DNA from: Cyanidioschyzon merolae
Lineage: Eukaryota
Assembly: GCA_000091205.1 (NCBI GenBank)
Contig: AP006486.2
Direction: 5' to 3' (one strand)
Length of the DNA stretch: 64,000 bases
Both the position numbers and the translations under genes were made by a program. Shown piece after piece: positions 31,434-42,800 of this stretch; position 1 is the stretch's first letter, and each line of letters starts with the position of its first letter. A model generated the notes under the pieces. It did not search any database and had not been told where the DNA came from. It saw nothing but the letters and a program-made list of their open reading frames with translations.

Positions 31434-32381
31434 ATGGATCAAGAGCGCGTTCTTCTTTCGCTTCAGCGACTCCTGGCCCCGGGCCAGCATCAGTCTGAGA
31501 CACAACTCGTTGCCTGCCTAGACGCGAGGGAGCTTAACGTGGAGGTGTTCTCAACTTTGTGGGAAAGCCTTGCAGCCACAGTCAGTTCAATCAACCCCAG
31601 ACTACTTCAGGTGCTCGAAGCAGAGCTCAGAGCGCTGCTTCGCCTCCTCTATTTTGCATTCAGCGTCGGTGTCGGCAGACCATTTCCTGGCGACGTTTAC
31701 CAGAACCTCACATACAGGGTAGATGTTGGTAATACTGTGTCAGAGGGAGACTCCGTTATCATGACCAGGGGCAGAAGGTTCCTCTACGGTTGTGCCTACG
31801 TCCTGGGGCACTACCTGCTGGAGCGTTACCAGACGATGCGTTACACGGGCTCCCCTTGGGTGCCGTCTGCGTCGAGCGCAGAAATGATCGACAACCTTCT
31901 CAAATCTATGGAATCTCTGAACTTTTTCCTGTTCTTTTTGATGAGAAAGTACCGGAATCCACTGGAGCGCATTTTTAGGCTGCGCTTGCGGCGGGCAGAG
32001 ACAGGCGCAACCCGCGCTCTAAGTTTTGAGATGCTCAATCGACAGCTTGTCTGGGAGGGCTTCACGGAACTTGCGATATCGGTGATACCCATCTTGCAGT
32101 CACCGCTTCTGCATCGAATCCTGAGGAAGGCCGTTTTCCATGGCCGTTTTGGAGCAGCATCGCGTGAAGTTGTGTCTCAAGAGCACTCGGGCAAAATCCG
32201 ATGCCGACTTTGCGGAAAATCGAGACCTCTTATGCCGCACATTCTCATCCCATGCCGACATCTTTTCTGCTACGTCTGCATGGCTATGAAAATACGTACC
32301 AATGGCTCGGAGGGATGTCCGTATTGTGGGTCTGAGTTTGAGCGGGCTGAAAGCGTGATTCCATCTCAGATGGTCATGTGA
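31434..32381 (+). CDS. PEX2: Peroxisome biogenesis factor 2 (PEX2), a RING-finger peroxin.
   Basis: It ends in a C3HC4 RING, CRLCGKSRPLMPHILIPCRHLFCYVCMAMKIRTNGSEGCPYCG (human PEX2: [28 protein letters not shown]...CPKCG). The N-terminus MDQERVLLSLQRL...LDARELN resembles the PEX2 N-terminus (RVLRISQLDALELN). The central block LNFFLFFLMRKY...LERIFRLRL...FEMLNRQLVWEGFTEL resembles LINFLIFLQRGKF..LTERLLGI...EYMNRELLWHGFAEF. The start is the first ATG; the ORF-track start at 31371 is a GTG. Confidence 0.75.
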   Translation: MDQERVLLSLQRLLAPGQHQSETQLVACLDARELNVEVFSTLWESLAATVSSINPRLLQVLEAELRALLRLLYFAFSVGVGRPFPGDVYQNLTYRVDVGNTVSEGDSVIMTRGRRFLYGCAYVLGHYLLERYQTMRYTGSPWVPSASSAEMIDNLLKSMESLNFFLFFLMRKYRNPLERIFRLRLRRAETGATRALSFEMLNRQLVWEGFTELAISVIPILQSPLLHRILRKAVFHGRFGAASREVVSQEHSGKIRCRLCGKSRPLMPHILIPCRHLFCYVCMAMKIRTNGSEGCPYCGSEFERAESVIPSQMVM

Positions 32382-32791
32382 AAAACTGGATCCAGCGGGC
32401 GTTAGACATCCGCAAAACGGCGCGTCTGCACTGTGCGATCTATTTACCTCCTAAATTTTAACTTTTCTTTGTGGATCTGTTGGAGTACTCAGAAATCTGC
32501 GTTGCTGTCGGATTGCGCTAAGAGGTCTGATCACGATTGTTTCCAAGAATGTACACGAAATTGTGATTTTTAGCACTTCATCGGAGTCACACTGCTGCTT
32601 GCGTATACTGGATATTTGGAAAGCAGCTGAAGGCTGAAAGCCCCAAAAGCAATTTCATGCGCACGATGCTCCGCTAGACTCTAGGAGGGGAACTTCAAAA
32701 TGGTGGAAAGAGCCAGACAGATCCCTTCTAGGAAATTACGCAACACCGGTGCAAACTTATGCCGGCAAAACGGACTAGGTCATGTGTCGTT

Positions 32792-35323
32792 TCAGGCGGT
32801 CTTCAAAGTGGAATCTTGTGAATGTACGGGGTTCGGATGGGAAACCTGAGCACCAACGAGCATACGGCTATGTACTGGCGAAGCGATGTCGATGCGTGTC
32901 CTTTGACGCTGCTGAGGCTGAGCTTCTCTATTCGAGCAATGGTCGCTAGGTGCGTCCGCGCCGGTGTGCTGCGCTGACCCCGGCGCAAGGCAACTTGACG
33001 TCCACGAATAGTGGGAGCGAAATGCCTCTCTCTCTTGAAGCTCATTCAGTACTGTTCGCCAGCTGGCGCTCGGTGCTGCAAAGCGTAACGCGTATAGTGC
33101 ATAGCCTTTCCAGAAGCTCGCGATTGGTTCATCTGCAGCGTCGTTAGCCTCGGTACCACTAACGCCTTTTGGTATGTCAGAAAACTGCTGCTCAAGTGTT
33201 GCCGGTCGGTCCCGCAACGCCGTGGCGACCTCTGCTACGCCACGGAGCCATACCTCAAGCATGGCGCGCGCTGCCTGGAAAAGCCATTCAGTTATCTCCT
33301 TGTCTAGCGCTCCAAGGTCTTCCTGGTCATAAAACAGCCGCAGGCTATCCACTATGTGACAAAAAGCATATGCCAAAAGAAGTGGAACCCAGCGCAGCCC
33401 ACGCTCGAACAGCTGCACCAGGCTTGTCACACTGCAAATGCGGCCGGAAGCAATATCTGTAGTGAATCCACGAATCCGCTCCTTGAGCTGCCGCAGGAAA
33501 TGCTTTTTCATGTTTGGAAATGCACGACATATCAAGCTAAATTCCTTCATTATGCGCTGTGTGCAGCTCTCGATTTCATTCCAGGTACAGGTCGCATACC
33601 AGAGCGGGGATTCCGCCTCAGGCATGCCCACCGTATAAGCAACAGACTGATTAGGTTCGCATGAGTACGCCGCCTGGACCAGTTGACAGTCAAGCAAAGG
33701 TCCCGACTTTGGGCTGATGCGCTCCAACGAAATATGTAGCGTTTCCGGTATTGATGTGGAGAACACCGAGCGGAATCGGGACGGACGCATTTTCCTTGCA
33801 ACTGACGAGAAGTCCGCGAGTTTCGGTATGCAAAGAGCAGTACTCACCTGTTCTTCATGCAGCAAAGCTCTTCCATCTCGAACACACTCGCCAATGAGTC
33901 GATGCAAAATCTGTGTATAGCCGTCTACCAGATCTTCCGCATGCTGCGACAGCACGGCGGGAACCAGTTTTTCTAGCGGCCTCATCAACATAGTGAGAAT
34001 CTCTGCTTGTAAAGCGGCGAAAAACCCCGGCGCTGCGGGGCCTTTCGCTGTTCGTGATCGCCCCAAGCGACAAGCGCTATCAAGTTCCTGAAGCAAGCCA
34101 GTGAGTGAGGCGGCGGTTGCCTTGTTCGCTCCGTGGTCCGCCAGCTTCTCGACGACTGTGTCTAGCATCTGCCAAATCTGTTTTGTATATGCATCAAGCA
34201 GAGACTCTTGTTTTGGTGCCGGTGTGGATACAATAGTCGGTCGCAGCCGGAGGGGTTCGCAGTCCGGGGAGCGCTCCGGGTGGTCACCATACCCGTCGAC
34301 CAGATCCAGCGGCTGGGCAGACCAAATAGAGAGCGTGACTGCCTCGTGATTTGCAGATTGCTCCTCGAGGCTCGCAAATGCCCCAAGGAATGAAATGACT
34401 GCACAAAAAGCCTGTCGCACCAATGTAAGCGTGACTTCAGGTCCACGGCTGCGCATCCGTTCGCAAACAATCCGACTGTGACTCTGAAACAGAGTATGCA
34501 GCATCTCGCCTAAATCCATGCCGAGGTCGATCTGGAGCCAGAGGAGCGCAGCAAAGCGCTTTCGCCGTTCAGACATTGGATACTCTATCGAAGAACTATC
34601 AAAGCACATGCTACATGCCGTCATTCTAGCTCGCTCTACGATCTCTTCTCGGAGCAGTGCACATTGTTCATGCAGCCTCACTCGTAGCTCGTGAATGAGA
34701 CTTTCAGAACGCAGTGTTGCGGTTTTCGTATCCTCCACAGGATTCCCCAGGGCGGCCTTGCTGCGTACGTATAGGGCATGCGCCTTCACAAGTTCTAGCC
34801 ACGAGCCATCCTCCAGCGCAGAGCAGGCACGCTCGAGAAGGCGCCGAGCCAAGCGGAGGCATTGCACTTGGGCCAGCAGGTCCAAGGGCGCTGCTGAGGG
34901 GTTTCGCGTTGCCGCTAGGTGGCAAGGTTGGACGTCCAGAGACTTCCACGTTGCGTCCCGGCGAAGTCGGTAAGAGAAAGGTGCAACGCTTCCTTCAGCT
35001 GACCCGCGAGAGCGCGCTTCGAGTTGCTCGTTTTCCCTCGATCCGTATCCCGCAAGCGACTCGTCCGACTTGGTTCCCAGCGGCGTACCCTGCTGAGAGA
35101 CCGCTTCCGATGAAGGACAACGCACACGAGAAGAGGTTTGGGCTGCAGCTCCGCGATCGCTTTCCTGCAAGGTCTCCAAGGTTCCGCACAACAAGTGCGC
35201 CCGCCTTGCAACAAATTCTAACGCGCTTGCAGCTTTTACAACAGAGGGATACACCAGCAAGAGGTTAGGCACCTCCTGTTGCATACCCCGAGCACCAGCG
35301 GAGTTGGAGCTATGAGGTTCCAT
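32792..35323 (-). CDS. Large hypothetical protein (about 843 aa), predicted mostly alpha-helical, function unknown.
   Basis: A long uninterrupted ORF with non-repetitive composition and codon usage like the neighbouring genes. I recognise no diagnostic motif. The start is the first in-frame ATG at 35323; the ORF-track start at 35329 is a TTG. Confidence 0.5.
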   Translation of the reverse strand: MEPHSSNSAGARGMQQEVPNLLLVYPSVVKAASALEFVARRAHLLCGTLETLQESDRGAAAQTSSRVRCPSSEAVSQQGTPLGTKSDESLAGYGSRENEQLEARSRGSAEGSVAPFSYRLRRDATWKSLDVQPCHLAATRNPSAAPLDLLAQVQCLRLARRLLERACSALEDGSWLELVKAHALYVRSKAALGNPVEDTKTATLRSESLIHELRVRLHEQCALLREEIVERARMTACSMCFDSSSIEYPMSERRKRFAALLWLQIDLGMDLGEMLHTLFQSHSRIVCERMRSRGPEVTLTLVRQAFCAVISFLGAFASLEEQSANHEAVTLSIWSAQPLDLVDGYGDHPERSPDCEPLRLRPTIVSTPAPKQESLLDAYTKQIWQMLDTVVEKLADHGANKATAASLTGLLQELDSACRLGRSRTAKGPAAPGFFAALQAEILTMLMRPLEKLVPAVLSQHAEDLVDGYTQILHRLIGECVRDGRALLHEEQVSTALCIPKLADFSSVARKMRPSRFRSVFSTSIPETLHISLERISPKSGPLLDCQLVQAAYSCEPNQSVAYTVGMPEAESPLWYATCTWNEIESCTQRIMKEFSLICRAFPNMKKHFLRQLKERIRGFTTDIASGRICSVTSLVQLFERGLRWVPLLLAYAFCHIVDSLRLFYDQEDLGALDKEITEWLFQAARAMLEVWLRGVAEVATALRDRPATLEQQFSDIPKGVSGTEANDAADEPIASFWKGYALYALRFAAPSASWRTVLNELQEREAFRSHYSWTSSCLAPGSAQHTGADAPSDHCSNREAQPQQRQRTRIDIASPVHSRMLVGAQVSHPNPVHSQDSTLKTA

Positions 35324-36660
35324 CAACAAAAAGGGCCACAGCGTTCGGCACCCTGGCGCAAGCTTGCCTTAAGCAGTTACGTCACACGCATTCACTGAAG
35401 CACCTTCCAGTGGAGTCCAGCGGTAAACGACGCAAGTGTGCCGAACTCAACCCGGTGGACAAACAAAGTCAATCTACCATCATCAGTCGACGTCCTGGTT
35501 AGCGTTTTCAATTGGTAGGTTCGCTAAACCCCTTCAAGATTATCCCCGATCTGCAGATGCTCGAATCGCTCTGCATGCCGGTGCACGCTGCCAGCTGCAT
35601 CATGTGTTCTTGTCCTATGTTACCTGCATTCGCTGCCGACGGTCTTGCCGTCCACGCATCTATCGTACATCATCCAAACAGGTCACGCAGGCGCCCCTAC
35701 CCACTTGCGCGGAGAACCGCGGATCCGAAACTTACCACGATTTCAGGCCTCTTTTGCTTGATCCACTTGGCTCCGTTGTGCACCATCCGTCCTATGGAGA
35801 AGCTCATCACTGAGGGCTTCAAAGGTGTGCGACGAGCACCTGTGATACTCATAGCCGTTCAGCTGGGCTATTCCTATGTGGCAAGCTAGTAGATTAGCCT
35901 AGACCAGGCATTTAGTGTGTGTTAAAGAATAATATCTGTAGCGCGAACTTATTTGCGAGACGTGATATGCGCCATTGCCCATCCCTTGACTCTGCGCTGC
36001 CCTTGCGTTGGGGAGAATTGCTGTCTCTTCCAGAATGCCGCGGTTTCGAATCGCAACGAGTATATTTGTTGAGATGTGTCAATCGCGTCTGGGAGCGACG
36101 CACACAGCGCCCTGGCGCGAACGCAGCACACGCAGCGTGGCAGCTTCTGAGTCGAGCGATCGACTTCTATTCGATTGTTTAGTATGCAGTGTGGGTATTG
36201 TGCTGGAATGCTGCGGACTCTCGATGAAAAACATCATGTATCATCAGAGCGGCGATTAAGTCCCCGCTTGGGGCAAGCCACTTGTATGGTACGGTCTGCA
36301 CTGTATCAAGGCTGGACTGCCATATACTTTCGCCACGAACAATGTTCGTGGGTAACTGTTAAACTATAATTGTGTTTCATTCATCAACATGACGGAGAAT
36401 AAATCCACCAATCACATAACATGTACAAAACGTACAGACCGATTGGGCTGCAATCACCTCGGCAGGTGCGGAACGGGCACCGCATCCCCGAGGTGAGCCT
36501 GGCTCTCTGGAGCGGGCGCGCTGAGAACACCGGCCAGTAACGGGATCACTCCCACGCGAAGCGCTTCGAAATATCAAAGAACATTCTTCGTTTCGTTGAG
36601 CGTTTAACGGCATTGCCACGTGAAATTCCTCTCGTTTGGAAGTAGACGTTTTTGACTGTT

Positions 36661-37824
36661 ATGGCTTTCGTGTGCTATCCGCTGTTTACAAGTGCAAAGT
36701 TTCGTGTCATACCCGCACACGGTCTGCATTCGAGGAGCAGCACGCTGTGGAAGGGCACTACTGCGGGACGGCATGCGGCTGGTAGGGCTCTTGTCGCCTC
36801 TTCAACAGCCCGCGGCGCTCTCACACTTCGAGGCAACGCGGCGGGCGCTCCTCGACGCCCTTTGCAACCGCTGCTTGCGAAAGGTGCGGCCGTGCTCGCG
36901 GCTTTAGCTGTTGCAATCTCTCCGTTGCTTGGTGACCCAGAAGCCGCACTTGCAGCACAGGGAGGCGGTCGGGTCGGTGGCTCGTCTTTTCGGGCACCGG
37001 CGACTCGGAGCGCACCGCCTCGGAGCTATCGCGCTCCTTCCGGGGGTATTGGAGGATATTATTATAGCCCGGCACCAGTTTTGCCTTTCACGCCCTTCTA
37101 CTTCGGGCCAGTGGTTGTGCCGTTTGGTTTCACCGGAATAGGGACTTTTCTTCTTGCGGCGGCATTCTTCGCGTTTGCCACACGTGCTCTAAGCTCGAAT
37201 CTATCCGGTCTTGGAGTTTCTGCTGCCGCAGAGGATAGTGAACTGGCCGCAGAACAGACGACGCTGGTGAAGCTTAAGGTGGGTTTGCTCAGTACAGCTC
37301 GCGAGCTGCAACAGGAACTGGAAGAAATTGCGCTCCGCAGTAAGACAGATTCTATTGTCGGCCTGCAGCAGGTCTTACAGGAGACAACGCTTGCGTTGTA
37401 CCGAAACCCTGACTATTGGAGCTTCGGGAGCGTAAACGTGAAGCGCACGTCGCTCTCAGAGGCAGAGGCTGCATTCAACAACGAGTCTTTCGCTGAACGC
37501 GGGAAACTTGAGAAAGAGACACTATCAAATTTTGGTGGACAGATTGATATTCGGAAGCGGGAGGTTGCAGAACGCGACTCCACCGACATGCGAGTACCCG
37601 AGTTTATTGTGGTCACACTGATTGTTGCTGCGTCTGGCCGAGTTCCAGGCGTTCCTACAGAGATTCGAAGAAGCAGTGACATCGAGGCGGCGCTTCGGGC
37701 ACTTAGCAGCATCCCGCGGGAAGCACTCCAGGGCGTGGAGGTCATCTGGTCACCTCAGTCGCGCGAGGATGCGCTTACTGAGAGCGAAATGCTCGCTGAC
37801 CATCCGGAGCTGGTGCGAATATAG
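36661..37824 (+). CDS. DUF1517-like glycine-rich membrane protein, putatively plastid-targeted.
   Basis: After an N-terminal presequence-like region comes a Gly-rich block GGGRVGGSSFRAPATRSAPPRSYRAPSGGIGGYYY, then hydrophobic segments (FGFTGIGTFLLAAAFFAFA), then a charged coiled region. This architecture recalls the plant and cyanobacterial DUF1517 family. The assignment rests on memory of the family pattern, not a search. Confidence 0.45.
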   Translation: MAFVCYPLFTSAKFRVIPAHGLHSRSSTLWKGTTAGRHAAGRALVASSTARGALTLRGNAAGAPRRPLQPLLAKGAAVLAALAVAISPLLGDPEAALAAQGGGRVGGSSFRAPATRSAPPRSYRAPSGGIGGYYYSPAPVLPFTPFYFGPVVVPFGFTGIGTFLLAAAFFAFATRALSSNLSGLGVSAAAEDSELAAEQTTLVKLKVGLLSTARELQQELEEIALRSKTDSIVGLQQVLQETTLALYRNPDYWSFGSVNVKRTSLSEAEAAFNNESFAERGKLEKETLSNFGGQIDIRKREVAERDSTDMRVPEFIVVTLIVAASGRVPGVPTEIRRSSDIEAALRALSSIPREALQGVEVIWSPQSREDALTESEMLADHPELVRI

Positions 37825-38735
37825 AGTGATGCGGAGTCCACCGAATACCAGAAACGGAGGTTCGCTCTCGGAAGGCGAAATCGTTAGGAACACGAGATCC
37901 AGCGTGGATATCGATGTGGATTTGGTTCGTCGCATATAGCAAGGTCGATACGGCGGCCCGCATCAGCAGGTCTCCTGCAACGTCATCCGTTCCATGCGCT
38001 CCGTGACATCAATGCTGTCACCTCCAGTGTCATTCCTAACTCATCGAAAGCGATACTTTAAAGCGGAAGCGCGGACCCCACAGAGTGGACGCATCTCGCT
38101 GAAACCCAGAATAGAATCGTGGGTTTGGTGCTCTGTGCATGTGGCCCACGCCCAGCGCTGAACTACGGAAATCTGGCTTGTGGACTGGTACGCAAGACCT
38201 GCGTGGCAATACGAGCGGGGCACCCATATGAAGTATCCATGTGCGTCTTGCACAGAATGCGATGTGCGACCCAAAAAGCGAGCACTCGATGGCGGCGACA
38301 TATCTCCCCAGGAATTGCCCCTCTTGCCGCTCTCGATTGTTGGGTTCGCGAGAAACACCGGAACTTTTATATTCTTTGGAAAGAGGCAAACAGTGCGCGA
38401 GAACTGAGCAGCGTTGCAAGTCTGTAGTCCATAGCTGCTGATTCAGTGCGTTGACAGAGGGTAATATGCTGGAAGTGGGGCGCAACGTGTTTCAGAAAGT
38501 TGTACAGAAATGCCCAACCGGTTGCGGCAGCATGCATGCGCCGCCCCAGCACCTCCAAGGCTATGGTGGCGGTTTGCTGCGGGCGTTCTGCGGATCTCAA
38601 GCCGGATCTTCGGGTTTGCGGGCAAGGCGCTTCATGTTCGTTGCAGGTAGAGTCGAGAGCGCGTTTTTCTCGCGAAAAACAACAAGGGTTTTGTCTAGAT
38701 ATAAGACTTCGAAAAGTAGAATTTCCAGGTGTAAA

Positions 38736-39239
38736 ATGAGCTTTAACGGGGGGTTTCTCGGAAAGAACGCCGTGTTCGCACAGACGATGCTTCGAATCAA
38801 GGACCCCTCAAAGTCGCGGCAGTTTTACGAGGCGCTGGGTATGAACTTTCTGACGCGCTTCGACTTTCCGGAACTGTCATTCTCCCTCTATTTCTTCGCA
38901 CTGGAGAAGGATCCAACAGTGCCGGCGGAAGATGCTCCACAACCAGAGCGGGCAAAGTGGCTTTTCTCGCGTCAGTACCCGACTCTTGAGCTTACACATA
39001 ACTGGGGAACTGAGAAGGATCCGAATTTCAAGTACGCAAACGGGAATACGGAGCCGGGTAAGGGCTACGGTCACATCGGCTTTCTCGTGGATGATCTCTA
39101 CGCGAGCTGTGCCGCCGTAGAGAAAGCGGGTTATGTCGTGTCGCGGAAACCGGGACCCTTCCAGAACGTGGGCGAAATTGCTTTCGTACGGGACCCGGAC
39201 GACTACTGGATTGAGTTAATCCAAAAACCCAAGTCTTGA
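38736..39239 (+). CDS. GLO1: Lactoylglutathione lyase (glyoxalase I).
   Basis: [82 protein letters not shown] and [14 protein letters not shown] align almost residue-for-residue with human GLO1 ([22 protein letters not shown]..., [54 protein letters not shown]). The start is set at the ATG at 38736. The longer ORF-track extension from 38451 has no homology. Confidence 0.85.
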   Translation: [167 protein letters not shown]

Positions 39240-40452
39240 GCAGAACGTGCGCATGGATTTTAGAAGCAGGCGATGCGGACGAATGTCTGGGAGTCTCCGA
39301 AAGAGTCACTGTTTCGTCGGTGCAATGATAAGCAGCCCGTTTCAAGGTTGCCCGTATCCGGTGATTTCGGGAAAAACGCGAGTTTCCTGTCGAACTCGTC
39401 GGCATAACGATAGAGCGGGGGAATTTTACAGGCAAACTTGGGGCCACTGTGCTTCGGATGTAGAAGCCACGACAGCGCCAAAAAGGTCACCTCACTTGCG
39501 CTTCCACGCGGAGGCTCCTGCTTAGAAAGATGCTCGGCGCGAAGCGTTGGCATTTGGATTACGAGACTGTTTGTACCTGCTCGCCGGTTCTGGCCGGATT
39601 AAACACAAATCTTAGAGAGCACTGCACAGCTATGATTCTGGTTCACAGCTGGAGAAGAAGCAGCTGCCAGTTAGGGCGCATAGACTGGTGGCAGCGCTCA
39701 CAAATTTGGGTGAGATGTGGACGGATATCGCCGGGAGTTCTCTAAGGGGCTAGCATGAACGGATTGCATCTACGGCCTGGAAGTCTGGCGCATCTGGAGC
39801 GATCTGGAACCGTAAACTTCTTGCCGACACGGCAAATCAGCTTTCGTTGCTGCTATTGAGTATCCTGCATCCGCATTTTCTTGAAACTTTCACGCTTTGC
39901 AATTGCGTCGAATCCAACTTACTGGTCGAAAACAGCTCAAAACTGGGACCAACACTCGCCAAGTAGCTGCTCGGCATACATATTTGGGAAGCGAATCCAT
40001 CCGCGTCGATATAGGGTTCTGATGCTGTTGCATACCAGCAACACAAGCACCTTGGCAGATGCACACGTCGCTTCGGCATCTGTTGCGTGCCACAGAGAAG
40101 TGCATATCGCCGTATGCGCATCGATTTCCAAAGATGAACGCTGAAAGACGACCGGGACTTCGGCGCGATTCACCGCACCGGAGGCTGTACAATTGTAGGG
40201 CGCTTTATTATTTGACATTCTACTTTCACATAAGTTTCAAACCGAGTGGTGTTCCGGGACAAGACGGGTGTTACTGGATATCGTGTTGTCCAGTTGTCAA
40301 CGGATTGGTGTAAAATTTTTCTGTTACAACACAGCTGAGGCCTTTTTGCTATGCAACTGGGCGAGTAGACCGGATACGTGGCCCAATCTAAGGCTTCCTT
40401 ACTCGACCCTCCGGCACTGAAAGTAAGCTGAATCCGATAAGCATCTCACAAC

Positions 40453-41555
40453 ATGAGCTGCAAAGGTGCAGCTTTTGGGTTCGCCACTCTAAATGGCTTG
40501 TCAGTTCGGAGGCATTTGTTTTGTAGGAGTTCGGCAAATCTTCGAGTCTGCGGGAAGCTTTTTACTGGTTCACAATATCCACGTGCTCCAAGGTATTTTT
40601 TGGTGCACACTGACAAGAGTGCCGGCAACACTCCAAGTACACGAGGTTGGGAGGAATATGCGGGAAACTTTACTTTCAGGCCTCCGCACGTTATCGCAAG
40701 GCCCTCACAGCGCATAGCCTACAGGATTGGAAACGGTACACCGCTGCCTCCCAAAGCCCTCGTTCATTTTCTCGGGGGCGCCTTCATTGGCGCCGCGCCG
40801 CAGGTTGCGTATCGATGGTTTCTCGAGCAGTTGGCTTTAAAGGGCTTCGTAGTAGCCGCGACGCCGTATCGACTTTCCTTCGATCACCTTTGGACGATGG
40901 ATGACGTGCTCACCAGGTTTTCAGCAGCAGCGGGAATGCTCGCTCTAGATTATGATCCTATCCCTGTTGATGGGATCGGTCGCTCCTTGGGCGCTCTCCT
41001 GCACACCCTTGGAGGCAGCTTGTTTTGCAACGCGGATGGGTACAAGGCTGCCGATGTACTGATTGCATTTAATAATCGCCGCGCGGAAGATGCGATACCT
41101 TTATTCAGAGAGCTTATCGCGCCCGTAATTAAGACAGTTGCCGGACTGGTGAACTCTCTGATGTGATCCAGCGACTCGTTATCGATGGGCCTGAGACCTC
41201 TGACACTCTGTTCGACACTGTTACAGATGATGTGTTCCCTGGTTCTCGGGATAGTGAGCTTTTCGCCTTGGTGCGACAGTCAAGGGCGCTTGCGCAGCAG
41301 ATTCCACCTTTATTTGCTGAGGTCGCTGATGGAGCTTTTGCATTCAACCCTGATCCTATCGAGGTCATGGAGGCAATTCGCACACTATACAAAGTTCGTC
41401 AAACGCTTATTGTGAGCTTCGAAAACGATATCCTCGATGACTCGCGTTCGCTCCAGAAAGCACTAGACCCTGAGCGAGGCGGTACAGTAATCCGTCACGG
41501 GGGAACTCATTTAACCCACTGCGCACAGGATTTCCTGACCCACGGCTCCGAATAA
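40453..41555 (+). pseudogene. DUF1350-like alpha/beta-fold protein gene split over two reading frames (40453..41166 in frame 1, then about 41133..41555 in frame 3). It is either a frameshifted pseudogene or a sequencing error.
   Basis: ATG at 40453. LVHFLGGAFIGAAPQVAYRWFLEQLALKGFVVAATPY resembles the DUF1350 family (plant and cyanobacterial). The downstream ORF continues without an ATG (the track start is a GTG) and looks like a continuation of the protein. The two frames overlap only between a TAA at 41130 and the TGA at 41164. Confidence 0.5.
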
Positions 41556-41899
41556 GAGACTTTTTCTCCTCAGTTTCTCGAGAAGGGGATAACGATATGG
41601 CCTATATGCTCAGCGAAGCTATGTGTCGACTTGTACTTTGCGAAGCAATGCAGACGGAAAACAGTATTGTGGAGTATCTGGGCCGTGCTCCCTGACTGCA
41701 GCAACGCTCTCCATATAACTCCACGCGACTGCGTTTAAATTGAAATCGCTTGTGCGAATCCGCACGCGGCGCACTGATGAATTGCATTCAGAAATCGAAT
41801 TTATCGCCATAGCGAGAACCCTTGTTTTTGTTGGAAAACCAAAACCTGCCTCATCTTTTTTCGACGTGTATGAACGAATGAATTTGTTACACACGCCGG

Positions 41900-42800
41900 G
41901 TGTCAGGATAGCCACATATATAAATTTTTCACATGCTAAAGTATCTCCCTCTCGTTATGATCTTCGACGTGACTGATGAACACGCTACCGGTCTACATCC
42001 GCCTGATTCGAAACCCATCTTTAATTCCAATGTTTATCGCGCAGCGTTCAATAGATATTAAATACCTATTAGCCATTTGATAGAACTATTAATTGGTATT
42101 TATAGCGAGGCATACGCGGAGTGTTTATAGTACGTCATTTCACGACTATTTCCGTTGAGATGAATTTTTTGCAAAACGCTCCCTCGTAATCCGCGTTAGG
42201 CAAGGAGCGTGTCTTGCACCTGGCATCCAAAGAGCAGGTTCTTACATGCCAGAGAAGTCGTTATTCCGAGCCTGCACCCACTGAAACCGCCGAACCCAGA
42301 ACTATGTTCATCATAGCTACAATCGATTCGAACTAGAAAGTGATATACGAACCTTATTGACGATATGTTTGTTCTTGCTGTGTACTGCGGCATGCATGCT
42401 ACATGTGGAAAATCCTTCATGGGATTTTTACGGTTAGAGATATCGTCCTCTCTGCAATAACTGAAGAAATGTTTCGAATTTCTTCAATAAGAGCTCGGGT
42501 TCAGAGTCCCATGCCGCGCGTGTTTGACAAATAGTTTTAACAGCTACGATATCTCTCGGGGAGACTATTCGCTTGTTGTCGCCTGCTTTTGTTCGGGTTT
42601 CTCGGGTTGGAAGCAATATACAGCCCATTCTCAGCGGCAGCTCAAGCTAAGTCGATTTTTCTTATAGTGTGGCAAATTCTCAGGGAACTGAATTACATAA
42701 CAGCTATGCTACTTTGGGATCAAAAAAAGTTTGTATGCCTAGTCAAGGAACGCTTCATAGCCCTCCAGGCAATAAGAACAAACAGCGGAGCAGCGCTGAG
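41900..42800. other. AT-rich island (about 37-40% GC against a background near 55%) inside a 3.7-kb interval free of recognisable genes.
   Basis: Counting GC by eye in 42001..42120 gives about 37%. No conserved ORF lies between 41556 and 45220. Only low-complexity ORFs appear in the track here. Confidence 0.5.

Noticed and set aside
38451-38735. N-terminal 95-aa extension of the glyoxalase I ORF in the track (MTEGNMLEVG...)
   Set aside because: The GLO1 homology begins exactly at the internal ATG at 38736, aligning with the N-terminus of the human protein. The upstream part has no similarity and the ORF is simply open upstream.
39028-39447. 139-aa ORF antisense to the 3' end of glyoxalase I
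   Set aside because: It overlaps a well-supported gene on the opposite strand, and its sequence is Arg/Ser/Pro-rich and low in complexity.
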